NCBI GenBank assembly: GCA_963843975.1
Contig: CAWJMG010000003.1
Span: 2,490,001-2,522,000, forward strand
DNA length: 32,000 bases
Direction of reading: 5' to 3'
DNA from: an uncultured Actinomycetes bacterium
Lineage (GTDB): Bacteria; Actinomycetota; Actinomycetes; S36-B12; CAIYMF01
Every line of letters begins with the position of its first letter. Position 1 is the first letter of the stretch. The translations under genes were made by a program, and so were the position numbers. The notes beneath the pieces are model-generated. The model was not told the origin of the DNA, made no database searches, and worked only from the letters and a program-made list of their open reading frames with translations. This document shows positions 16,352-24,406 of the stretch, piece after piece.

Positions 16352-19300
16352 ATGCCTGACCGCCTCCCCCCGTGGTTGGCCGCTGCCGACCCGGCCGTGG
16401 CCGGTCTCGGCGACGTCGACCTCGTGGCCGCGGCGACCGCCGACGCCACAGGTCTGGTGCAGGTCGACGAGGACGGCTCGGTCCGCTGGACCGACGAGGC
16501 CTACCGGCTGCACGGCCGGCCCCGGTGGCGCCGGGTGCGCACGATCGACGACGTCGCCCACGGCCTCTCGGCCGCCGACGCCGGCCGCGTGACCGCGGCG
16601 TACCTGAACCTCGTGGGCAGCGGCGACGTCGAGCTGCTCTACACCGTGACCGGCGAGACGGGTCAGCCGCTCGACGTGCTGCTCAGCGGAGCGTGGCCGG
16701 GCTTCGCCATGGTCCAGCGGGCGGCGTACCAGCCGCCGAGGGCCGCGCCCGCGACGCCCGCGGCGCAGCCGGCCGCGACCGAGACCGTCGAGGACGAGGT
16801 CGTCGAGCCCGACGTCGCCGAGCCCGAGCTTCGAGGTCGTCGAGGACGAGGCGCCGGTCGTGGCGCACGTCCCCGCACCCACCGATGCCGCCGTGCCCGA
16901 CCCCGACATCGACCAGGCCTTCCGCGCGCTGTTCGACGCGAGCCCGAGCGGCCTCGCCGAGCTGCGCGGCGACGGCACCTTCGTGCGCGTCAACGAGGCG
17001 TTCTCCCGGCTCGTGGGTCGCACCTGGGACTCGCTCCGCGACACCGTCTTCGAGGCGCTCGTCCACCACGAGGACCGCGCGTCGGCGTTCGTCGCACGCA
17101 ACCGTCGCGAGGACGAGGGCGACCCCGTCGCGCCGTCGGAGTACCGCCTGCTGCACTCGGACGGCTCGGTCGTTTGGGTGCGCGCGCGCACCTCGCCGAT
17201 CGAGGCCGAGGCCGAGGACCGCCTGCTCGTCTCGCTCGAGAACGTCACCGCGTCGCGCGCCCGCGAGGAGCAGCTGCGCCACGACGCCCTGCACGACGCA
17301 CTGACCGGCCTCCCCAACCGCCGCCTCGTGCTCGACCGCCTCGACCGTGCGGTGTCGCGCGCCCGGCGCGGCGGCCAGCGGCTCGCGATCTTCTTCGTCG
17401 ACGTCGACGACCTCAAGCACGTGAACGACACGCACCCGTGGCAGCACAGAGCAGGCGACGTGCTGCTCACCAGCATCGCCGGCGCCATGCGCAACGCGCT
17501 CCGCGAGACCGACACGCTGGGCCGTCTCGCGGGCGACGAGTTCCTCGTGATCTGCGAGGAGGTCGGCGACGACGTCGCGGTCAACGAGGCTCTCCGAGCG
17601 CCTGGTCGAGGCCGCGCGCCAGCCGGTGCCGCTCGGTCCGCAGACGATCACTCCGTCGGTGAGCATCGGCCTCGCCCTCACGGGCGACGACGACGAGACC
17701 GCCGAGGAGCTGCTCGCCCGCGCAGACGCGGCGATGTACGTCGCCAAGAGCCACGGCGGCGGGCGCGTCGAGCGCGCCGAGAGCATCGCCGCCTCCTCGA
17801 CGCCCGACCTCGTCGGCGCACTGATGCGCGGCGAGCTGCGCATGCACTACCAGCCGGTCGTGTCGCTCGCGACGGGCGCGGTGCTCGGCGTCAGCGCCGT
17901 CCTGCGCTGGGTGCACCCGTCCCTCGGGATGCTGCCCGCGCACCAGGTGCGCACCGCGCTCGACTCGGCCTCCGTCCTCCCCGTCGTCGACTGGTGCATC
18001 GACCGCGCGATCAACGACGTCCGCACGGTGGCTCCGAGCCGCGTCGACCACGTGTCGGTGTGGCTGCCGGTGCCAGGCCGTGCGCTGCAGGCGACGTCCA
18101 CCCGCGACGCCCTGCGCGCCGCGCTCGCCGGCGCCGACGGCTCGCAGAACGCCGACACCTCGCCGTCGCTCGTGCTCGACGTGCACGAGTCCGACCTCGG
18201 CGTGCTCGCCCGGCGTCCCGCCCTGCGGCGCCAGCTCGCGGCACTCACCGAGTCCGGCCCCGTCGCCCTCGGCATCGAGCACCTGTCGGCCGACGTCCTC
18301 CCGCTCGGCTCCCTTCAGCTGCTGGGATCCGCGTCCGCGTCCATCGACCCCGAGCTCATCCTCGCGGCGTCGGAGAACGAGCCCAGCGAGGCGCTCGTCC
18401 GTTCGCTCGTCACCGGCGCCACGGCGCTCGGCGTCGTCACGGTGGCCACCGGGATCTCGACCCCCGAGCTGCTCGCCGAGGCGCGACGCCTCGGCGTGCA
18501 CGCGGTCTGCGGCGACCTCATCGGCCCGGCCGCCTCGCTCGAGATCTACTCCGACCTGCTGCACGGCGAGCGGATCACGCTGCCCGACATGCCCGAGGTC
18601 GCGGTCGTCGTGCCGCACGACGACGAGCTCTACAGCCCCGCCGCCCGCCCCGTGCTCGCCGCGATCCGCGCCCTCGAGGAGGACGACGACGAGGCCGACC
18701 TCGACGTCGCGGCCGATCTCGACGACGACGTGCTCGCAGACGACGAGGACGCCCCGGTGCCCGTCTCCGACGAGCACTCCGAGGACGCGGTCGCCGAGAC
18801 CGTCGACCTCACCGACGAGGTGCCCGCGGCCGAGCCGGACGAGACCGCACAGGTCGCGGCCCAGATGTCGGGCCGGCTGCTCCTCGGCGACGTCGTCGAC
18901 CTCGCCGAGCAGGTGGCCCGCGAGCTCGGCGTCGCCCTGCCGCCGCCGGACCTCGAGCGCGAGGGCGTGCCCTCGTCCGAGACCCCCGACCTCGTCGACG
19001 ACGGACCGATGCCCGACCGCGCGCCGTCACGGCTGCCCGGTCTTGCCGACCTGCATGCCGCCCTCGGGTCGCCCGAGGTCAGCCGTGCGCTCGACGACCG
19101 CACCGACCCCTCGCGCGGGGACGGCCCGCCGCCCGCAGCACCCACCGCGCTCAGGGCCGCAGACCCGGCGCCAGCGTCGGGCCCGACGCTGATCTCCGGG
19201 CCGGAGCCCGCGGGCACCCTCGAGGTGGGCGGCTCAGCCCTCCCCCTGTCGCTGGCCCCGGGACTCGCGGCCGAGCCGATGCCGTTCGTCCGCCCGACCA

Positions 19301-19539
19301 CCCCTGCCCCGGGCGAGGTGGACGGCCAAGCCGGTGATGGAGTGAGCGCGGCCGCCTCCGACGACGTCGACCTCACCGACGCGACGCGGGCGCCGGACGT
19401 CGACCTGCGCACCCGCGGCGGCGATGCCCCGCGCATCGTGGTGCGTGCCGGCAGCGACGACCCTCTGGCCACCGGCCGGCCCGTGCCCATGCTGCGGCTG
19501 CACGGCCGTGGCGGCAGCGACGGCGGCTCGATTCTCTAG
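16352..19539 (+). pseudogene. PAS-PAS-GGDEF-EAL c-di-GMP signalling protein with a long acidic/Pro-rich tail, interrupted by two +1 frameshifts (about 16830 and about 17589)
   Basis: Read across three frames. Frame 2: MPDRLPPW...VDEDGSVRWTDEAYRLHG... Frame 0: ...FRALFDASPSGLAELRGDGTFVRVNEAFSRLVG...HDALTGLPNRR...FFVDVDDLKHVNDTH...LGRLAGDEFLVICEE. Frame 1: LSERLVEAARQPV...SIGLALT...ADAAMYVAKSHGGG...ELRMHYQPVVSL...VLRWVHP... The GGDEF motif reads AGDEF, and the EAL motif position reads SAV. Confidence 0.75.
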
Positions 19540-19563
19540 CTGCTGCGCAGCACGTCGTACGCC

Positions 19564-19899
19564 TCAGTCGTAGCCGAGGTCGTGCAGGCGGTCGTCGTCG
19601 ATCCCGAAGTGGTGCGCGATCTCGTGCACGACGGTGATGTGCACCTCGTCGATGACCTCGTCGAACGTCGAGCAGATCCGCAGGATCGGGACGCGGTAGA
19701 TCGTGATCCGGTCGGGCATCGCACCGGCGTAGTAGTGGCCGCGCTCGGTCAGCGGCACGCCCTGGTAGAGCCCGAGGAGCGAGGGCTCGCCGGGCTCCAC
19801 GTCGTCCTCCACCACGAACACGACGTTGTCGACCAGGCGCGCGAGCTCGTCCGGGATCTCGTCGAGGGCCTCGGCCACGAGGTCCTCGAACTCCTCCAT
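19564..19899 (-). CDS. Small zinc metallopeptidase-family protein (zincin-like, DUF1025-type)
   Basis: MEEFEDLVAEALDEIPDELARLVDNVVFVVEDD...ITVVHEIAHHFGIDDDRLHDLGYD*, with an HExxH motif. Alternative GTG starts lie at 19905 and 19914. Confidence 0.7.
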   Translation of the reverse strand: MEEFEDLVAEALDEIPDELARLVDNVVFVVEDDVEPGEPSLLGLYQGVPLTERGHYYAGAMPDRITIYRVPILRICSTFDEVIDEVHITVVHEIAHHFGIDDDRLHDLGYD

Positions 19900-20065
19900 C
19901 GGCACCTGCAGCACGACCCGATCCTCCCCCACCGCGCGCCGGTCCGCCCCCGCGTTCGCTGCGGGGTGAGGGGGTGTGGGACCGTCGGGTGAAGCCGGTT
20001 TTGGATCGTCGTCCGGAGTCCCGTATGCTTCCGTGGTCCCCGACGGGTGACGTCGGAGGCCTCCG

Positions 20066-20138
20066 GCCCCCATCGTCTAGTGGCCCAGGACACCGCCCTT
20101 TCACGGCGGCAGCACGGGTTCGAATCCCGTTGGGGGTA
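20066..20138 (+). tRNA. tRNA-Glu (anticodon TTC)
   Basis: GCCCCCATCGTCTAGTGGCCCAGGACACCGCCCTTTCACGGCGGCAGCACGGGTTCGAATCCCGTTGGGGGTA. Cloverleaf arms pair, the anticodon loop is CTTTCAC, and no CCA is encoded. Confidence 0.9.
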
Positions 20139-20175
20139 CGCACCACAGCACGGCAGTTCGACAGCAGCACAGCAA

Positions 20176-20252
20176 GGCCCCGTAGCGCAGTTGGTTAGCG
20201 CGCCGCCCTGTCACGGCGGAGGTCGCCGGTTCGAGCCCGGTCGGGGTCGCCA
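20176..20252 (+). tRNA. tRNA-Asp (anticodon GTC), CCA encoded
   Basis: GGCCCCGTAGCGCAGTTGGTTAGCGCGCCGCCCTGTCACGGCGGAGGTCGCCGGTTCGAGCCCGGTCGGGGTCGCCA. The anticodon loop is CTGTCAC. Confidence 0.9.
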
Positions 20253-20254
20253 GC

Positions 20255-20290
20255 ACGAAGGGCGCCACTCTCACGAGTGGCGCCCTTCGT
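20255..20290 (+). terminator. Strong hairpin terminator after the tRNA-Glu/Asp pair
   Basis: ACGAAGGGCGCCACTC-TCAC-GAGTGGCGCCCTTCGT: a 16-bp perfect stem starting 3 nt after the tRNA-Asp CCA. Confidence 0.7.
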
Positions 20291-20337
20291 CGTTCCCCGG
20301 CCCGCCGCGCCCGTGGCAGCGACGAGCAGGTCGTACG

Positions 20338-20372
20338 TTCCAGGCCCGGCGAGGGAGTGCCCGGGCCTGGAA
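20338..20372 (-). terminator. Hairpin terminator downstream of xylB
   Basis: TTCCAGGCCCGG-N11-CCGGGCCTGGAA: a 12-bp perfect stem, 16 nt beyond the xylB stop. Confidence 0.6.
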
Positions 20373-20387
20373 GTCAGGGGCGCCCGG

Positions 20388-21782
20388 TCAGGGCGCCGTC
20401 GCCTCGCGCAGCGCCGCGTAGGCCTCGCGCACGTGCGGGGTGGGGTCGGCCTCGACCCAGCGCCCGGACGCCTCGGGCCACGCGACCGCGCTGCCCGCCA
20501 GCACCGTCGCTGCCTGCCGCGCTGCGCCGTCCGCGACGTACTCGCCGGGCTCGGCGAGGAACACCGGGCGGCCGAAGACCCGCGGCGCCACCTCGGCGAC
20601 GGCGGGGTTCTTCGCCGCGCCGCCGATGATCAGCACGCGGCCCACGGGCACGCCGAGGGCCTCGAGCGCCTCGACCGCGTCGGCGAGGCCGCACAGCATC
20701 CCCTCGACCGCAGCGCGGGCGAGGTTGGCCGGCGTGGTGTTCGCGAGCGTCATCCCCGCGAGGACGCCGGTCGCGTCGGGCCGGTTGGGCGTGCGCTCGC
20801 CGGCGAGGTACGGCAGCAGCACGAGGCCGTCGGCACCGGGCGACGCCGCGAGAGCGAGCCGCGCGAAGCCGTCGTGGTCGACTCCGAGCATGCGCGCGGC
20901 GACGTCGAGCACCTGCGCGGCGTTGAGCGTGCAGACCAGCGGCAGGAAGCGCCCGGTCGCGTCGGCGAAGCCGGCCACGGCGCCGCTGACGTCGTGGGTC
21001 GAGGTGTCCGACACCGCGAACGCCGTGCCGCTCGTGCCGAGCGAGACGACGACGTCGCCCGGACGCGCATCGAGGCCGAGGGCCGCGGCCATGTTGTCGC
21101 CGGTCCCGGGCGCGAGCAGCGTGCCCGGGGCGGCGCCCCAGCGTGCGTCGACCTCGCCGACCCGCTCACCGGGGCCAGCGACGACCGGTACGTCGAGCTC
21201 ACGGCCGAAGGCCCGCACGAGCAGATCGGTGCGGTATTCGCCCGTGGACGGCGACCAGTAGCCGGTGCCGCTGGCGTCGCCGCGGTCGGTGGTGAGGCCG
21301 CCGCCGCGCAGACGGCGGGTCAGCCAGTCGTGCGGCAGGCACACGGCCGTGGCGCGGTCGGCCGACGCGGCGTCGTGCTGCGCCGTCCAGCGCAGCTTGG
21401 TGACGGTGAACGACGCGACCGGCACCGAGCCGGTCGCATCCGCCCACGCCTCGGCGCCGAGCTCGGCCACGAGGTCGGCGGCCGCACCGGCGCTGCGGGT
21501 GTCGTTCCACAGCAGCGCCGGGCGGACGACGTCGGCGGCCTCGTCGAGCAGGACCATGCCGTGCTGCTGGCCGCCGACCGAGACGGCGCCGACGTCGTCG
21601 AGCCCGCCGGCGTCGGCGATCGCATCGGTGAGCGCGACCTCCCACGCCGCGGGGTCGACCTCGGTGCCGTCAGGGTGCGGGGCACGGCCGGACCGCACGA
21701 GCGCACCCGTCGACGCATCGCGGACCACGACCTTGCACGACTGCGTCGAGGAGTCGATCCCCGCGACGAGAGAGGAGCCCAC
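20388..21782 (-). CDS. xylB: Xylulokinase (FGGY carbohydrate kinase)
   Basis: 464 aa: [26 protein letters not shown]...GGQQHGMV...SFTVTKLRW...[11 protein letters not shown]...LIIGGAAKN. The gene starts 5 nt after the xylA stop. Confidence 0.9.
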   Translation of the reverse strand: MGSSLVAGIDSSTQSCKVVVRDASTGALVRSGRAPHPDGTEVDPAAWEVALTDAIADAGGLDDVGAVSVGGQQHGMVLLDEAADVVRPALLWNDTRSAGAAADLVAELGAEAWADATGSVPVASFTVTKLRWTAQHDAASADRATAVCLPHDWLTRRLRGGGLTTDRGDASGTGYWSPSTGEYRTDLLVRAFGRELDVPVVAGPGERVGEVDARWGAAPGTLLAPGTGDNMAAALGLDARPGDVVVSLGTSGTAFAVSDTSTHDVSGAVAGFADATGRFLPLVCTLNAAQVLDVAARMLGVDHDGFARLALAASPGADGLVLLPYLAGERTPNRPDATGVLAGMTLANTTPANLARAAVEGMLCGLADAVEALEALGVPVGRVLIIGGAAKNPAVAEVAPRVFGRPVFLAEPGEYVADGAARQAATVLAGSAVAWPEASGRWVEADPTPHVREAYAALREATAP

Positions 21783-21787
21783 CGCGA

Positions 21788-22954
21788 TCAGGCGGTGCCG
21801 AGCAGGTGCTCGATCGCGAGCTGGTCGAGCTGCACGTAGTGGTAGCCGCGCTCGGCCGCTGCCTCGACGTCGAAGGTGGCGTCGACATCCGCGACGAGGT
21901 CGTCGTACGTCTCCCCGGGGGCGAGGGTCGGGACGGCCGTGCCGCCGACGCGCGAGGCCTCAAGGGCCGCCTGCACGCGCGGGTCGGCGCGGAACGCCTT
22001 GGCCTTCTCGCGCAGCAGGATGTAGGTGCGCATGTTGGCCGCAGCCGACGCCCAGACGCCGTCGATGTCCTCGGTGCGCATCGGCTTGTAGTCGAAGTGG
22101 CGCGGGCCGTCGTAGTCGGAGGCCTCGAGCAGGTCGACGAGGAAGAACGCCGACTGCAGGTCGCCGTGGCCGAAGACGAGGTCCTGGTCGAACTTCGGGC
22201 CGTGCTGGCCGTTGAGGTCGATGTGGAACAGCTTCTCGTGCCAGAGGGCCTGGGAGATGCCGTGCACGAAGTTGAGGTTGGACATCTGCTCGTGGCCGAC
22301 CTCGGGGTTGAGGCCCACCATCTCGGAGTGCTCGAGCTCGTTGATGAACGCCAGCGCGTGGCCGATCGTCGGCAGCAGGATGTCGCCGCGCGGCTCGTTC
22401 GGCTTGGGCTCGATCGCGAACTTGAGGTTGTAGCCCTTGTCGATGGAGTACTGGCAGAGGAGGTCGAGGCCCTCCTTGTAGCGGCTGAGCGCGTCGCCGA
22501 CGTTCTTGCCGGCGTCGACCTCCGAGCCCTCGCGGCCGCCCCAGAACACGTACGTCTCGGCGCCGAGCTCGGCGGCGAGGTCCATGTTGCGCATGATCTT
22601 GCGCGTGGCGTAGCGGCGGATGTCGCGGTCGTTGTTGGTGAACGCGCCGTCCTTGAAGACGGGGTGCGTGAACGTGTTGGTCGTCGCCATCGGCACCTTC
22701 ATGCCGGTCGCGTCGAGCGCGTCCTTGAAGCGCTGGATGTGCTTGTCGCGCTCGTCGGCGTCGGAGCCGAACGGGATGAGGTCGTCGTCGTGGAACGTGA
22801 CGCCGTACGCGCCGAGCTCGGCGAGGCGGTGCACGGACTCGACCGGGTCGAGGTGGGGGCGGGTCGCGTCACCGAACGGGTCGCGTGCCTGCCAGCCGAC
22901 GGTCCACAGACCGAACGTGAACTTGTCGCCCGGGGTGGGGTTGGGGAAGTTCAT
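21788..22954 (-). CDS. xylA: Xylose isomerase
   Basis: 388 aa: [32 protein letters not shown]...[12 protein letters not shown]...FWGGREG...[18 protein letters not shown]...NPEVGHEQM...HIDLNGQ. This is a textbook class I (actinobacterial) XylA. Confidence 0.95.
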   Translation of the reverse strand: MNFPNPTPGDKFTFGLWTVGWQARDPFGDATRPHLDPVESVHRLAELGAYGVTFHDDDLIPFGSDADERDKHIQRFKDALDATGMKVPMATTNTFTHPVFKDGAFTNNDRDIRRYATRKIMRNMDLAAELGAETYVFWGGREGSEVDAGKNVGDALSRYKEGLDLLCQYSIDKGYNLKFAIEPKPNEPRGDILLPTIGHALAFINELEHSEMVGLNPEVGHEQMSNLNFVHGISQALWHEKLFHIDLNGQHGPKFDQDLVFGHGDLQSAFFLVDLLEASDYDGPRHFDYKPMRTEDIDGVWASAAANMRTYILLREKAKAFRADPRVQAALEASRVGGTAVPTLAPGETYDDLVADVDATFDVEAAAERGYHYVQLDQLAIEHLLGTA

Positions 22955-22977
22955 GGTTGCCTCCGTCGGGCATCTGG

Positions 22978-23010
22978 GGGAGTATTCGTTCAGCGGCCAA
23001 ACATACTCCC
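22978..23010. promoter_or_regulatory. Inverted repeat in the xylA / ROK-regulator divergent intergenic region (candidate operator)
   Basis: GGGAGTAT-N17-ATACTCCC: perfect 8-bp arms, centred in the 67-bp gap between the xylA ATG (22954) and the regulator GTG (23022). Confidence 0.4.
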
Positions 23011-23021
23011 GAGGAGGCGTC

Positions 23022-24260
23022 GTGTCGATAGCACCGACGGGCCCTTCGCGGCGGCCGCGGCCGACCGACCAGGCGGACGTACGTCGTCACAACGCCGGGC
23101 TCGTGCTCGGCGCCGTGTCGGGCGACGGGCCGATCTCGCGGGCGGAGGTGGCCGGCCTCACGGGCCTCACCCGCGCCACCGTCGGGTCGATCGTCGACGA
23201 GCTGCTCACCGCCGGGCTCGTGAGCGAGCAGGGCACCCGGGAGCCGCGCGGCGTCGGGAGGCCGGGCACCGACCTCGCGCTCGACCCGTCCGGCGGCGCC
23301 GGCATCGGCGTCGAGATCAACGTCGACGGGCTGTCGTCGGTCGTCGTCGACCTGACCGGCGAGGTGCGGCATCGAGCGACCCGCTCCGGCGACCAGCGCG
23401 GCAAGCCCGCCGGCACCGTGCTCCGGGCAGCCGCGAGGCTCGTGGACGACGCGCTGCGCGCCGCAGCGGCCGAGGGCCTGACCGTGCGCGGGATCGGCGT
23501 CGCCGTGCCGGGCCTCGTCGACCTCGAGGCCCAGGTGCTGCGGGTCGCCCCCAACCTCGGATGGTCCGACGTTCCCGTCCTCGACCGGATGCGCGGAGCC
23601 TCGAGCCTGCTCTGGCCGCGCGCGACCCTCGACAACGAGGCCAACCTCGCCGCGCTCGGCGAGCTCTGGTCGGGCGACCACGGCCAGACCGACAGCTTCG
23701 TGCTCGTCAACGGCGACGTCGGCGTCGGCGCCGGCGTCGTGCTCGAGGGCCGGCTGCACCGCGGCACGCGCGGCTTCGGCGGCGAGCTCGGCCACCTCAC
23801 GGTCGCGCCCGACGGGCCGGAGTGCCGCTGCGGCGCCCGCGGCTGCCTCGAGCAGGTGGCGGGCCTCGACTGGATCCTCCGCCGCGCTGGGCTGCGGCCG
23901 TCGTCCGCGCACGGCGCCGACGCCACGCCCACGCTGATCGCCGCCCTGGCCGAGGGCGAGCCTCGTGCGGTCGCGGCGGTCGAGGATGCCGGCGCCTCGC
24001 TCGGTGTCGGCATCGCCGCGATCGTCAACCTCTTCGACGTCGACGCCGTGGTGCTCGGCGGCATCTACGCCCCGCTCTTCCCGTGGCTCGAGGCGCCGGT
24101 GCGCGCAGCCGTCGAGCGGCGCGTCCTGTCGGCGCGGTGGGCACCGATCTCGATCGCGCCCTCGCGTCTGGGCCGCGACGCCGCCGTGGTCGGGGCCGCG
24201 CGGTCTGCGCTCCGCGACGTCCTCACCGATCCCCTCGGCGCCGTCGCCGAGCCCGCCTGA
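23022..24260 (+). CDS. ROK-family transcriptional regulator (XylR-like), divergent from xylAB
   Basis: RBS GGAGG then GTG at 23022. N-terminal wHTH ([49 protein letters not shown]). ROK body ([11 protein letters not shown]...[10 protein letters not shown]...GGELGH...[10 protein letters not shown]). Confidence 0.85.
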   Translation: MSIAPTGPSRRPRPTDQADVRRHNAGLVLGAVSGDGPISRAEVAGLTGLTRATVGSIVDELLTAGLVSEQGTREPRGVGRPGTDLALDPSGGAGIGVEINVDGLSSVVVDLTGEVRHRATRSGDQRGKPAGTVLRAAARLVDDALRAAAAEGLTVRGIGVAVPGLVDLEAQVLRVAPNLGWSDVPVLDRMRGASSLLWPRATLDNEANLAALGELWSGDHGQTDSFVLVNGDVGVGAGVVLEGRLHRGTRGFGGELGHLTVAPDGPECRCGARGCLEQVAGLDWILRRAGLRPSSAHGADATPTLIAALAEGEPRAVAAVEDAGASLGVGIAAIVNLFDVDAVVLGGIYAPLFPWLEAPVRAAVERRVLSARWAPISIAPSRLGRDAAVVGAARSALRDVLTDPLGAVAEPA

Positions 24261-24275
24261 CCCCTCCTTGATCCC

Positions 24276-24324
24276 ACTGATCAATCCGTCGCTTCCGACC
24301 CCGGGTAGCGACGGATTGATCAGT
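24276..24324. repeat. Long palindromic hairpin element, copy 2
   Basis: ACTGATCAATCCGTCGCT-TCCGACCCCGGGT-AGCGACGGATTGATCAGT: an 18-bp perfect stem, 16 nt 3' of the ROK stop. The arms are identical to copy 1 at 11461-11510, apart from the copy-1 right arm mismatch. Confidence 0.8.
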
Positions 24325-24406
24325 TTCAGCGGGTGGCGGCGCTACGGTTCCTGCCAGTGGGTGCACGGGCGGATGCGCAGCGTGCACGCGAGGGCGGAGG
24401 GGCCTG

